DNA of 63,976 bases, filler included. It is 6 parts of 6 records of this genome, joined end to end, with 100 filler letters (N's around TTAATTAATTAA, not from the genome) between each part and the next. Parts side by side here need not be neighbours in the genome. Positions count along the whole stretch, not along the records: positions 10,158 to 32,405 come from SRR2962707_5489; 5 more parts are not named here. The stretch is one strand, 5' to 3'. Below are positions 21,689 through 31,901 of this stretch, in pieces. Under the pieces are notes generated by a model that was not told where the DNA came from, made no database searches, and was given only the letters and a program-made list of their open reading frames with translations. Every line of letters begins with the position of its first letter. Position 1 is the first letter of the stretch. Both the position numbers and the translations under genes were made by a program.

Positions 21689-21919
21689 ATTCGCGGCTTG
21701 TCTTTGAGTGGCTGGAGGGCCGATTTTGCCAAGGTTCCGGCGGGTGCGGACATCATAGGGACCGGTTGTCCATACGCAACGGAAGGCGTCTGCCCCTCTC
21801 CCTTGACCCCCGCCTGCCTCTCATGCACAAAGTCCCGCAAGTTTCACAGGGCCCGGCCTTCCAAGACCCGAAAACAGGCTTTTCCGGCGGCCCCCGATAG
21901 TTCAACTGGAGAAATACCC

Positions 21920-22825
21920 ATGAGCATTCGTTTTGACGGCAAGGTCGCCATCGTGACCGGTGCGGGCGGCGGTCTTGGCCGGTCCCATGCGCTGGAACTC
22001 GCGCGGCGCGGCGCCAAAGTTGTGGTGAACGATCTCGGCGGCGACCGCACGGGCGCCGGCGGCTCGTCGGACGCGGCCAACAAGGTGGTCGAGGAAATCA
22101 AGGCGCTCGGCGGCGAAGCGATCGCCAACGGTTCCAGCGTGACGGATGACGAAGGCGTGAAGAACATGGTCAAGCAGACCATGGACGCATGGGGCCGGAT
22201 CGACATTCTCATCAACAATGCCGGCATCCTGCGCGACAAGTCGTTCTCCAAGATGGAGATCAACGACTTCCAGCTCGTGGTCGATGTGCATCTGATGGGC
22301 ACGGTGAAGCCGACCAAGGCCGTCTGGGAAATCATGAAGGAGCAGAATTACGGCCGTATCGTCGTGACCGCATCTTCGACCGGCCTCTACGGCAATTTCG
22401 GCCAGACGAACTACGGCGCGGCGAAGCTTGCCGTTGTCGGCTTCATCAACACGCTGAAGCTCGAAGGCCAGAAGAACAACATTCATTGCAACGCGCTGGC
22501 GCCGGTCGCCTATACGCGCATGACCTCCGACCTGATGCCGCCGGAAGCCGAAGAAATGCTGACGCCGGAGGCGGTTTCGCCGGGCGTGATGTTCCTCGTT
22601 TCGGAAGACGCACCGACGGGCATGATCCTGTGTGCGGGCGCGGGCGTTTTCGCCGCCGCGCGGATGGAAGAAGCCGAAGGCATGTTCCTTGGCCGCGAAG
22701 ACCTGACGGCCGAGAAGGTCGCCGAGAACTGGGGGAAGATTTCCGACTTCTCGAATGCGACCCCGTTCTTCATGGGCGGCGAGCAGACCGGCAAGTTCTT
22801 CAAGCTGGCGACGGGCGGCAAGTAA
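21920..22825 (+). CDS. SDR oxidoreductase (hydroxyacyl-CoA dehydrogenase-like)
   Basis: TGAGGGLG, VVVNDLGG, NNAGILRD, YGAAK. Confidence 0.92.
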   Translation: MSIRFDGKVAIVTGAGGGLGRSHALELARRGAKVVVNDLGGDRTGAGGSSDAANKVVEEIKALGGEAIANGSSVTDDEGVKNMVKQTMDAWGRIDILINNAGILRDKSFSKMEINDFQLVVDVHLMGTVKPTKAVWEIMKEQNYGRIVVTASSTGLYGNFGQTNYGAAKLAVVGFINTLKLEGQKNNIHCNALAPVAYTRMTSDLMPPEAEEMLTPEAVSPGVMFLVSEDAPTGMILCAGAGVFAAARMEEAEGMFLGREDLTAEKVAENWGKISDFSNATPFFMGGEQTGKFFKLATGGK

Positions 22826-22849
22826 GCCGCTGCCGCAGCGCGAAAGATC

Positions 22850-22876
22850 GGGGGAGCCTTCGGGCTCCCCTTTTTC
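22850..22876 (+). terminator. Intrinsic terminator
   Basis: gggggagcc-ttcg-ggctcccc followed by a T-run. Confidence 0.8.
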
Positions 22877-22918
22877 GTGTCCGTGGCCAAGGTGCCGGGC
22901 GGTCCTTATAGTGTGATT

Positions 22919-24814
22919 ATGCCGAACCGGTTTTTCCTCGCGCTCGCGGCGCTTCTCTTCTCGGTCTGCGTCCCGCGCGCGGGACTGGCTGCGCCCGTTT
23001 GCGAGATCGACCGCCCGATCATGTTCGGCGGGCTCGACTGGGACTCCAACGCTTTCCACACGGAAGTTGCGCGCCTCATCATCGAGCGGGGTTATGGCTG
23101 CGAGACGGATGTGTTGCCCGGCTCGACACTGCCACTCGTGACCGGGCTCGGACAGGGCGACATCGACGTGCTGATGGAAATCTGGCGCGACAATGTCACC
23201 GAACCGTGGAACGCGGCGCTCGAAGCCGGCACCGCCGTTTCCCTCGGCACGAATTTCCCGGATGCCGTGCAGGGCTGGTATGTGCCGCGCTATCTGATCG
23301 AAGGCGACGACAAGCGCGGCATCGAGCCGATGGCGCCTGGCCTCCACTCCGTTTCCGACCTCAAGCAATACTGGCAGCTTTTTCGTGACCCCGAAGAACC
23401 GGACAAGGGGCGGTTTTACAATTGTATCCTCGGATGGTCCTGCGAGGAGCAGAGCACGCGGAAGCTCAAGGGATACGGGCTCGACCGCACGTACACGAAT
23501 TTCCGGCCGGGCACGGGCGCGGCACTGGCTGCGGCGATTGCTTCCGCCTATGAGCGGGGGCGGCCGGTGCTTGCCTATTATTGGGGCCCGACATGGGTGC
23601 TGGGTGCGTTCGACCTCGTGAAGCTCGATGAACCGCCCTACTCCGAGACAGCCTGGGACGCCTTCAACGCCGACCCGGAAAACAATCCGCCCGTCGCCTT
23701 CCCGACCGTCGAGGTCATCATCGGCGCCAATGCGGAGTTTGCGGCGGGCGCGCCGAAAATCGCGAACTTCCTGCGCGCTTACGAGACGACGGGGCAGATG
23801 GTGAGCGACGCGCTCGCCTACATGCAAAAGAACGAGGGCGCGACTGCGCGGGATGCAGCCCTCAATTTTATCGAAACGCGGGGCGATGTCTGGCGGCAAT
23901 GGGTGAGCCCCGAGATTGCGGCGCGCGTAACGGGCGAGCGGGACGAAGTAGCGAAGAGTTTTCCGGTCACGCTCGAAATTCCACTGGAAGCCTGGGTCAA
24001 CGGCGCGATGAAGCGCTTTGTCGCGAATTATGGCGATACGTTTCAGGCGGTGAGCAACATATTGCTCAAATTCATCGTCGCGCTGGAATGGCTGCTTGCG
24101 ACGCTTCCATGGTGGTTGCTCATTCTCGCCGTCGCGGGCATCGCCTACCACGCATCCCGCTCACTTGTCCTGCCCGCGGCGCTGGCGGGGGCGCTTTTCC
24201 TGATCGGGCTGCTTGGCCTCTGGAGCCTCGCGATCCAGACGCTGGCGCTGATGATCGTGTCGGTTCTCTTCGCCGTTCTGATCGGCCTGCCCGCCGGTAT
24301 CGGCATGGCGGCGAACGACATGCTGCGCCGCTTCATGCTGCCGGTGCTCGACGCGATGCAGACGCTGCCGAGCTTCGTTTATCTCATCCCGGCCCTGATG
24401 CTGTTCGGGCTCGGCAAGGTGCCCGCGCTGTTTGCGACCGTCATCTATGCGACGCCGCCGCTGATCCGGCTTGTCGATCTCGGTCTCAGAACGGTGGACC
24501 GGGAGCTGACTGAAGTGGCGGCCGATCTCGGCGCCGACCCGAAGCGGCAGCTCCTCGACATCAAGTTGCCGCTCGCGCTGCCGAGCATCATGGCGGGCGT
24601 CAACCAGACGACGATGATGGCACTTTCGATGGTCGTCATCGCCTCCATGATCGGCGCGCGCGGGCTCGGCGAAGAAGTGCTGCTCGGCATTCAGCGGCTC
24701 GATGTCGGGCGCGGGCTGGTGGCAGGCATCGCCATCGTCGCGCTCGCCATCGTGTTCGACCGGATCACGCAGGCTTATGGCCGTCCGAGGCGCGCGAAAC
24801 GCCGGCAGGATTAG
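22919..24814 (+). CDS. Fused glycine betaine/proline ABC substrate-binding protein + permease
   Basis: Signal peptide, ProX-like domain (DWDS, YYWGP), then ProW-like LDAMQTLPSFVYLIP..GVNQT. Confidence 0.88.
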   Translation: MPNRFFLALAALLFSVCVPRAGLAAPVCEIDRPIMFGGLDWDSNAFHTEVARLIIERGYGCETDVLPGSTLPLVTGLGQGDIDVLMEIWRDNVTEPWNAALEAGTAVSLGTNFPDAVQGWYVPRYLIEGDDKRGIEPMAPGLHSVSDLKQYWQLFRDPEEPDKGRFYNCILGWSCEEQSTRKLKGYGLDRTYTNFRPGTGAALAAAIASAYERGRPVLAYYWGPTWVLGAFDLVKLDEPPYSETAWDAFNADPENNPPVAFPTVEVIIGANAEFAAGAPKIANFLRAYETTGQMVSDALAYMQKNEGATARDAALNFIETRGDVWRQWVSPEIAARVTGERDEVAKSFPVTLEIPLEAWVNGAMKRFVANYGDTFQAVSNILLKFIVALEWLLATLPWWLLILAVAGIAYHASRSLVLPAALAGALFLIGLLGLWSLAIQTLALMIVSVLFAVLIGLPAGIGMAANDMLRRFMLPVLDAMQTLPSFVYLIPALMLFGLGKVPALFATVIYATPPLIRLVDLGLRTVDRELTEVAADLGADPKRQLLDIKLPLALPSIMAGVNQTTMMALSMVVIASMIGARGLGEEVLLGIQRLDVGRGLVAGIAIVALAIVFDRITQAYGRPRRAKRRQD

Positions 24815-25302
24815 CCCCCGAGGCGCTTTTCCATTTGCCATACCAGGATCGGTTCCCGGCCCGAGACGGTGCCGATATCGGTTTCCACCTCGCGCGCGAC
24901 ATACCAGCCATGCTTTTCGTAGAAGGCGCGCGCCCGGACATTGCCCACGCGGCATTGCAGCCAGATGAGCGCATGGCCCTGATCTTTCAAGACGTCTTCT
25001 GCCGCTTGAAGGAGCGGTGCTGCGACGCTCCGTCCGTGCCATGCCGGAAGGACGAAGACCTGTCCTATGCCGTCGCCTTCCCAACCGGCAAAGCCAACGA
25101 CTTCTCCGTCGACGCGAGCAATGAGCGTGCGGCCGACCGTGCCGCCCATGCGTGATTCGAAGAAGGCGAAGGGACGGCCCGTGGCAATTTCGGGATCGAG
25201 ATGAGCGTGACCCGCGTGCCAGGCATCGTGCCAAACGCGAGCGAGCGCCGGAATGTCTCCGGCGCTCGCCCGCTCGATCAGGATTTTCGCGGCGGCGCTC
25301 AA
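24811..25302 (-). CDS. GNAT N-acetyltransferase
   Basis: VFVLPAWHGRSVA..N.RARAFYEKHGW. Confidence 0.8.
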   Translation of the reverse strand: MSAAAKILIERASAGDIPALARVWHDAWHAGHAHLDPEIATGRPFAFFESRMGGTVGRTLIARVDGEVVGFAGWEGDGIGQVFVLPAWHGRSVAAPLLQAAEDVLKDQGHALIWLQCRVGNVRARAFYEKHGWYVAREVETDIGTVSGREPILVWQMEKRLGG

Positions 25303-26507
25303 AGGCCGAGCACGGCCTTTGCCATGATGTTGCGCTGAACCTCGTTCGAGCCTGCAAAGATCGAGGTCTTGCGGAGCGAGAAGTAATAAGGCGCGGCTGT
25401 GAATGCGCCTTCCGGGCCCACTTCCGGCTCGTTGGTGTCGGTGAGGCCATTCTCGATGGTCGGCTGAGCGTAGTCACCGAGCACTTCCACCAGAAGCTGC
25501 GACACGGCCTGCTGCAACTCCGTGCCGCGGCACTTCAGGAGGGAGCTTTCAGGACCGACATTGCCGCCGATCGACAGCGAGGAGAAGATGCGCAACTCCG
25601 TGAACTCGAGCGCCGTGATCTGGCTTTCGATGTCGGCGCATTTCGCCTTGAAGCCTTCGTCCTTCGCGAGCGGCTCGCCGTCGACGATGGTTTCCTTCGC
25701 CATCTCGCGCACTTCGTTGAGGGCGCTGTAGAGACCCGGCGAATAGGGATTGCCGCGTTCGAATTCGAGCAGGTACTTGGCGTAGGTCCAGCCTTTGTTC
25801 ACCTCGCCGATGAGGTTTTCCTTCGGCACCTTCACGTCTTCAAAGAAGACCTGATTGACCTCCTGGTTCGGCGCGGGCGTGCTGTCGAGACAGATGATCG
25901 GATCGACCGTGATGCCCGGCGTCTTCATGTCGATCAGCAGGAACGAGATGCCCTGCTGCGGCTTGCCCTCGTTCGACGTGCGGACGAGGCAGAAAATCCA
26001 GTCCGCCCATTGCGCAACGGACGTCCAGATTTTCGAGCCGTTGACGAGGAAGTGGTCGCCCTTGTCCTCGGCCTTGGTTTTCAGCGAAGCAAGGTCGGAG
26101 CCTGCGCCCGGCTCCGAATAGCCCTGACACCAGAGGACGTTGGTTTCGAGAATGTCCGGCAGGAAACGCTTCTTCTGTTCGGGCGAGCCGAACTTCATGA
26201 TAACGGGCGCCACCATGGTCGGGCCGAAAGGAATGGTGTGCGGGACACCGGCGCGGCCCATCTCCACGTTGAAGATGTATTTCTGAGACTGGGTGAACCC
26301 CGGGCCGCCATATTCCTGCGGCCAGTTGGGCGCGAGCCAACCCTTCTTTGCCAGCGACTTCTGCCACTGCACATGGGCTTCCTTGGTGATGTAGCCATGC
26401 TTCGAGCGTTCGTGAAGCCGGCGCATCTCGGGCGTGTAGCACTCGTCGATGAACTGACGGACTTCCTTGCGGAAAGTTTCGTCTTCCTTGCTGAATGCGA
26501 GATCCAT
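25299..26507 (-). CDS. Acyl-CoA dehydrogenase (PimC-like large subunit)
   Basis: WCQGYSEPGAGSDLASL, SIFAGSNEVQRNI. Confidence 0.93.
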   Translation of the reverse strand: MDLAFSKEDETFRKEVRQFIDECYTPEMRRLHERSKHGYITKEAHVQWQKSLAKKGWLAPNWPQEYGGPGFTQSQKYIFNVEMGRAGVPHTIPFGPTMVAPVIMKFGSPEQKKRFLPDILETNVLWCQGYSEPGAGSDLASLKTKAEDKGDHFLVNGSKIWTSVAQWADWIFCLVRTSNEGKPQQGISFLLIDMKTPGITVDPIICLDSTPAPNQEVNQVFFEDVKVPKENLIGEVNKGWTYAKYLLEFERGNPYSPGLYSALNEVREMAKETIVDGEPLAKDEGFKAKCADIESQITALEFTELRIFSSLSIGGNVGPESSLLKCRGTELQQAVSQLLVEVLGDYAQPTIENGLTDTNEPEVGPEGAFTAAPYYFSLRKTSIFAGSNEVQRNIMAKAVLGL

Positions 26508-26539
26508 GATGGTGTTTCCGTTCTCGCAGCCGTTCGGGA

Positions 26540-26836
26540 CTACTCGGCCTTGTCCAGGAACTGGAGCGTCGGCGCACCGCCGAGCACGGCACCCAGCGCG
26601 GGGCCCGCGGCACGGAAATATTCCGTCTTGCCATGCGCATCGAGGTCGGCCTGCGAAGCGTACTGTTCCATCACGACATAGGTGGAGGGTTCGGACTTCG
26701 ACTTGAAGAAGTCGTATTGCAGGCAGCCCTTCTCGTTCGCCTTCACCTTCGAGCGCAGATCGCCGAAGACCTTCTCGAATTCAGCTTCCTTGCCCGGCTG
26801 GACCGGAAGGGTCGCCACAACGCCGATGACACTCAT
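26540..26836 (-). CDS. ABM-type (antibiotic biosynthesis monooxygenase) protein
   Basis: NEKGCLQYD..YVVMEQY..LDAH. Confidence 0.85.
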   Translation of the reverse strand: MSVIGVVATLPVQPGKEAEFEKVFGDLRSKVKANEKGCLQYDFFKSKSEPSTYVVMEQYASQADLDAHGKTEYFRAAGPALGAVLGGAPTLQFLDKAE

Positions 26837-26986
26837 GTTTCGCTCCCATTTGGCTTGGGCCCTCGGCCCGTTTTCATTTGCGGGGACTTTAGGGGCAAAG
26901 CCCCCCTGCATCAATGCGCGGAGCGCCGCAGGCTGTTCGCTGCCAGCGGGCCCGCCGTTCATTTTCGAACCGCCTTCAGCGTCCGG

Positions 26987-27787
26987 TCACGCCCCCTTGT
27001 AGCTCGGCGGCCGCTTTTCGAAGAAGGCGTCGAGGGCCTCCTTGTGGTCGCTCGTATGATGAGCAAGCGCCTGCATGGAGGCAGACAATTCCATGATGTT
27101 GTCGAAATCCGAGAGCATGCCCCGGCGGAGGAGCTGCTTGGTCATGCGCAGGACGTCCGGGGCCTGATTGCAGATTTTTGCGGCGACCGCTCTGGCCCTG
27201 TCCATCAGTTCGCCGGCCGGGACCACTTCGGAGACGAGGCCCCACTGTTTGGCCGTGGCGGCATCAATGGTATCGCCCGTGTAGAGGAGCTCGGAGGCGC
27301 GCGCCATGCCGATGATGCGCGGCAGGAGCCAGGCGCCGCCATCACCGGGGACGAGGCCGATCTTGAGGAAGGTGGCGCCGAAGATGGCGCTGTCGGCCGC
27401 GATCCGCGTGTCCGCGAGGCAGGCGACGTCGTTGCCAAGGCCGATGGCCGGGCCGTTCACGGCGGCGATCACCGGCACTTCGAGGCCCCAGACCGACTTC
27501 ACAATGCGGTGGATGCCGTTGCGGTAGCGCTCGCGGATGTGGACGCCAGGGCCGCCGAAGCCGTCGCCGCCCTCACGCATCGCTTTCACATTGCCGCCCG
27601 CCGAGAAGGCTTTACCGGCGCCTGTCAGAATCACGCAGCGAACATCCCGGTCGGCATTGATGCGGGCGGCGGCGGCGGAGAAGTTTTCCGCATCCTCCGG
27701 TGCACCGAGCGGATTTCGGCTCTCCGGCCGGTTGATCGTGAGGGTCACGACCGGACCGTCTTTCTCGAAAATCAGCGGATCACTCAT
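26987..27787 (-). CDS. Enoyl-CoA hydratase/crotonase
   Basis: AFSAGGN, IAAVNGPAIG, GLVPGDGG. Confidence 0.93.
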   Translation of the reverse strand: MSDPLIFEKDGPVVTLTINRPESRNPLGAPEDAENFSAAAARINADRDVRCVILTGAGKAFSAGGNVKAMREGGDGFGGPGVHIRERYRNGIHRIVKSVWGLEVPVIAAVNGPAIGLGNDVACLADTRIAADSAIFGATFLKIGLVPGDGGAWLLPRIIGMARASELLYTGDTIDAATAKQWGLVSEVVPAGELMDRARAVAAKICNQAPDVLRMTKQLLRRGMLSDFDNIMELSASMQALAHHTSDHKEALDAFFEKRPPSYKGA

Positions 27788-27998
27788 TCTTCACACGCCT
27801 CTCTGTTGTGCATTTTCTGTGGCGGCTCAAAACGGGCCACCTCTTTGGCCTGAAACTGGCAAATACCGGCCGGTATTATGAAGCCTTAACCATGTCTCGG
27901 AAAACCTTATTAAGACTTTTCGCCGACTCTGGTCGCCGACGAAACCCGCCATGGGCAAGGGCTGCCCCGGCGGCGTTCGGTGGGCCGGAAGGGCGACT

Positions 27999-29522
27999 AT
28001 GACAATCGGCGAGATGCGGCAGGGAGACAATGCGCCGCGCCAGAAAGGTTCGAATGCCGGAGACGGAGAGCCGTCTGCGACCGAGAACATGCGCGCCAAC
28101 TGGATATCGACCTTCATTCCGAGAACCGCACATGGCGAGCCGCTTCCGGCGGACATTCGTCTCGAGCAAATGCGGATGTTCGTCGAGTGTCAGAAGCTGC
28201 CGCTGCCCTATGCCTTTCCGCTTCTGATGATTCCCTACGTGGCCTGTTTCGTTGAGTTCGTCGCGTGGTACTGGCTTGCCATTCCGGTTCTGCTGATCCT
28301 CGCCTCCAACTGGCTCAATCGCAAAACCATGCTCGACTTCGTGATGGCACATCCGACGGTAGAGGATGTCGGATACTGGGAGCGGCGGTTCGTTGCCACC
28401 GGCCTGCTCTTTTCTGTCAGCTTCACCTCAACCGTGATCTTCCTTTGGGTGCCGGATAACGCGATCCTGCAATCCTTTGTGCTCACCGCACTGTTGCTGG
28501 TGCTTGTACCTGTTTCTCTCATCACCTCCTGCTACATGCCGTCGTTCTATGCGTCGGCGATACCTATTGCGGGGGTGGTTGCCATACGGCTTGCGGCGCA
28601 TGGCGACGTCTTCCATCTGGCTCTTGCGACGGTCCTCGTCATGTTCACGTTGCTGGTCGCGCAGCTTACCGCGCGGCTGAACGGCATCATGCTGCACTCG
28701 ATTACGCTCCGGGAGGACAAGACGGGCCTCATCGAGCAGCTTTTCAAGGCGAAGCGCGAATCGGATGCCGCCCGCGCACGCGCCGAGGAAGCGAACCGCG
28801 CGAAATCGCACTTCCTCGCCAATATGAGCCACGAGCTTCGGACGCCGCTCAACGCCATCATCGGCTTTTCCGAAGTGATGGCGTCGGAAATCTTCGGGAA
28901 GCACACGATCCCGACCTACAAGGAATACGCGCACGACATCAACCGCTCCGGGCAGCACCTTCTCGGGCTCATCAACGACGTTCTGGACCTGTCGCGAATT
29001 GAAGCGGGCCGCTTCCAGATTACCGAAGAGGAAGTAGACCTCGTGCAGCTTGCCGAGGATTGCCGCCGGATCGTCGAAATCCGGGCGCAGGCGCAACGCG
29101 TCACCATCGTGGCGGACTTTGCCGTCGAGTTGCCGATCGTGTTCGGCGATGCGCGGGCGCTCAGGCAGACATGGATCAACCTGCTCACCAATGCGGTGAA
29201 GTTCTCGCCGCCGGACTCGCAGGTGCTGATGTTCGCCCGGATGGAAGCGGAGGGCGAAATGCGCTTCGGCATTCACGACAACGGGCCCGGCATCGCGGAA
29301 GCGGAAATCGAAAAGGTGCTGCACGCCTTCACGCAAGGCGCGTCCGGCCTCGCGCAGCCCGGCAAGGGCTCGGGTCTCGGCCTTTCCATCGTGAAGGGCC
29401 TGCTCGCCGTGCATGGCGGGCGCTTTGAACTGAAGAGCCAGGTCGGCCAGGGCACACAGGCCGAATGCGTGCTGCCGCCGCAGCGGCTGCGCGCGCGGCC
29501 TGTGATAGCCAAGCGCGCCTGA
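27999..29522 (+). CDS. Membrane sensor histidine kinase (PleC/DivJ-like H-box)
   Basis: Multiple TM segments, FLANMSHELRTPLNAIIGF, NLLTNAVKF, GSGLGL; start uncertain. Confidence 0.9.
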   Translation: MTIGEMRQGDNAPRQKGSNAGDGEPSATENMRANWISTFIPRTAHGEPLPADIRLEQMRMFVECQKLPLPYAFPLLMIPYVACFVEFVAWYWLAIPVLLILASNWLNRKTMLDFVMAHPTVEDVGYWERRFVATGLLFSVSFTSTVIFLWVPDNAILQSFVLTALLLVLVPVSLITSCYMPSFYASAIPIAGVVAIRLAAHGDVFHLALATVLVMFTLLVAQLTARLNGIMLHSITLREDKTGLIEQLFKAKRESDAARARAEEANRAKSHFLANMSHELRTPLNAIIGFSEVMASEIFGKHTIPTYKEYAHDINRSGQHLLGLINDVLDLSRIEAGRFQITEEEVDLVQLAEDCRRIVEIRAQAQRVTIVADFAVELPIVFGDARALRQTWINLLTNAVKFSPPDSQVLMFARMEAEGEMRFGIHDNGPGIAEAEIEKVLHAFTQGASGLAQPGKGSGLGLSIVKGLLAVHGGRFELKSQVGQGTQAECVLPPQRLRARPVIAKRA

Positions 29523-29529
29523 GCGCCGC

Positions 29530-30615
29530 TCAGACCGGCGGCAACAATTTCTTCTCCTGAAACTGCCGGAACCACTTTCTGAACATCTCCTCGGTATCGA
29601 TTACCTCACCGAACCCCGCTTGCCTCAACGCAATAGTCGAAACGATGGCGGCGGGCGTGTCACGCTCCGCGCCGTAGGCCATCGTGAAGTCTGCATAGTG
29701 GAAGGACTCGCCGACGAAGGAGGCGATGTCCGGCGCGGCGAGATCGTGTTTCTTGCGGATCGCGTCCCATGCCTCCGCGCGCTTCGGCATTTCGGCCCCG
29801 AGGGAGAGAGGCGTGTCCGGGCCTGCTTCCATGCCGAGCGCATCGGCGATGGCCGGCCAGACATTTCGCCAGACGAAGACGTCACCGTTCGTAACGTTGA
29901 ATATCTCGTTTCCGGCATCCTGCCTTGCGCCCGCCCAGGCGATGGCGTCGGCCAGCAGATCCGCATCGACGGCTTCGAGGACGGAGGCGCGGCCGCCCGG
30001 ATAGGCGAGCGGCTTGCCCTGCTCTTTCAGCAGCGCGCCATAGACTCCGATGGCGGGGATTAGGTTCATCGCCGCGCCGAGCGAAAAACCGAAAATGATT
30101 TGCGGGCGAAAGATCGTCCAGCGCCAGTCCCTGCCCTGCTGCTTCGCGCGGATGTAATTCTCCTGCTCCCAGTAGAAGTTTGGTTGCTCCTTCATCTCGT
30201 CGCGATTCTCGCGCACGGGCACGGCGAGCGGGCGGACATGCGCGCCATAGGCCTTGGTGCCCTGAAGGAGCGAGACGTGACGGAGACCCTTCGCCGCCTT
30301 TTCCAGCGGGTCGAACAGGTTTTCGAGCATGCGCCGGTTGGTTTCGATCTGGTCGGCTTCGAGCCAGCCCGCGACGAGACCCGGCTTCTCGTAGAGCGCG
30401 GCAAAAACGAGACGCGTGACGTCGCCCAACCCTTTCACGACTTCGGCGCAGGCGGCGCTGTCCGTCAAGTCGAGCGGGATATGCGTTGCGCCGAAAGTCT
30501 CGAAGGGCTTGCGGCGCGAAAGCGCTGTGACCTTGAAGCCCCGTTCCGCAAAATGCTTCATCGCGGCAAAGCCGACGAGACCCGTCGCGCCCGCGACGAG
30601 AATATGCTCACTCAT
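29530..30615 (-). CDS. Extended SDR, progesterone 5-beta-reductase/VEP1-like
   Basis: GATGLVG, LLQGTKAYG, PNFYWEQE, FNVTNGDVF.W. Confidence 0.8.
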   Translation of the reverse strand: MSEHILVAGATGLVGFAAMKHFAERGFKVTALSRRKPFETFGATHIPLDLTDSAACAEVVKGLGDVTRLVFAALYEKPGLVAGWLEADQIETNRRMLENLFDPLEKAAKGLRHVSLLQGTKAYGAHVRPLAVPVRENRDEMKEQPNFYWEQENYIRAKQQGRDWRWTIFRPQIIFGFSLGAAMNLIPAIGVYGALLKEQGKPLAYPGGRASVLEAVDADLLADAIAWAGARQDAGNEIFNVTNGDVFVWRNVWPAIADALGMEAGPDTPLSLGAEMPKRAEAWDAIRKKHDLAAPDIASFVGESFHYADFTMAYGAERDTPAAIVSTIALRQAGFGEVIDTEEMFRKWFRQFQEKKLLPPV

Positions 30616-30683
30616 CCGTTCCTCCCGTTTCTATTGTTGGCCCAGAGCGTAGAAGCGGGGAGAAGTGAGGTCAAAGCGCGCAA

Positions 30684-30714
30684 GAAAAAGGCCGCTCCGG
30701 GGAGCGGCCTTTTT
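30684..30714. terminator. Bidirectional intrinsic terminator
   Basis: aaaaaggccgctcc-gg-ggagcggcctttt. Confidence 0.8.
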
Positions 30715-30734
30715 GCATTTCGGAGCGAGGCTGC

Positions 30735-31865
30735 TTACGCGGCCTCGGAGTAGCGCTTCAACTGGTAATCGACATTGCCGAACTGGGTGTCGATCATGGT
30801 CAGGCGCTTGAAGAAGTGGCCGACATTGAGTTCGTCGGTCATGCCCATGCCGCCGTGAAGCTGCACGGCCTGCTGGCCGACGAAGCGCCCGGCCTTGCCG
30901 ATCTGCACCTTGGCGCCGGCGGCGGCCTTGGTGCGTTCCGCGTCACCTTCATCGAGCTTCAAGTTCACCATGTAGGTCATGGAGACGGACTGCTCATAAG
31001 CCATGAACATGTCGACCATGCGGTGCTGCAGCACCTGGAACTTGCCGATCGGCACGCCGAACTGCTTGCGCGTCTTGCAGTATTCGACGGTCGCGGTGTT
31101 CAGTTCCTTCATGCAGCCGGTGGCTTCGGCCGAGATGGCGGCAATCGCCTGGTCGGTGATCTTCTCGACGAGGGGGAGGCCCTTGCCTTCCGTGCCGATC
31201 AGCGCGTCGGCATCGACCTTCACGTTTTCGAAGGTGATTTCCGAGGCGCGGCGGCCATCGACCGTCGGGTAGTCGCGGGTCGAGACGCCCGCTGCCGACT
31301 TGTCGACAATGAAGACGGAAACGCCGTCGCGGTCGCGCTGACCGCCGGAGGTGCGCGCCGTGACGATGAGCTTCTGCGCCCAGGGAGCGGCGATTACCAC
31401 GGCCTTGTAGCCGTTGATCGTGTAGCCCGAGCCGTCTTTCTTGGCGGTCGTCGTGAGGTCCGCGAGATTGTAGCGGCCCTGCGGCTCGGCATAGGCGAAG
31501 GCCCAGACCGTCTCGCCACCGATGATGCCGGGGATGTGCGCTTCCTGCTGCGCGGGCGTGCCGCCTTCGCGAAGGAAACCGCCTGCGATCACAACCGTCT
31601 CGACATAGGGCTCGACCACGAGATGACGGCCGAACTCTTCCATGATGATCATGTTCTCGATGGGACCGCCGCCGAGGCCGCCCATCTCTTCGGAGAAGGG
31701 AGCGGCGAGAAGACCGAGCTCCGCGAACTGCGCCCAGATTTCGGGACGCCAGCCCTCGGCGGTCTTCGAGACCTTGCGGCGCGTCTCGAAGTCATACTTG
31801 TCGCCGAGCAGGCTCTGCACTGTGTTGCGGAGCAGCGTCTGCTCTTCGGTGAACGAAAAATCCAT
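30735..31865 (-). CDS. Acyl-CoA dehydrogenase (PimD-like small subunit)
   Basis: RKQFGVPIGKFQVLQHR, QLHGGMGMT. Confidence 0.92.
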   Translation of the reverse strand: MDFSFTEEQTLLRNTVQSLLGDKYDFETRRKVSKTAEGWRPEIWAQFAELGLLAAPFSEEMGGLGGGPIENMIIMEEFGRHLVVEPYVETVVIAGGFLREGGTPAQQEAHIPGIIGGETVWAFAYAEPQGRYNLADLTTTAKKDGSGYTINGYKAVVIAAPWAQKLIVTARTSGGQRDRDGVSVFIVDKSAAGVSTRDYPTVDGRRASEITFENVKVDADALIGTEGKGLPLVEKITDQAIAAISAEATGCMKELNTATVEYCKTRKQFGVPIGKFQVLQHRMVDMFMAYEQSVSMTYMVNLKLDEGDAERTKAAAGAKVQIGKAGRFVGQQAVQLHGGMGMTDELNVGHFFKRLTMIDTQFGNVDYQLKRYSEAA

Positions 31866-31901
31866 CTCTGACCTTCCCCTTGGTGTTTCTTGGGTGTGGG
31901 T

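Noticed and set aside
20714-21919. Apparent 400-aa N-terminal extension of the SDR
   Set aside because: Antisense to the nucleoside transporter; the real start is ATG 21920 with a GGAG RBS.
21902-24151. Long antisense ORFs (749 aa here; also 4828-6183, 11169-12611, 25152-26681, 32782-34095, 51897-53252)
   Set aside because: Shadow frames opposite well-supported genes in high-GC DNA, with no recognisable motifs.
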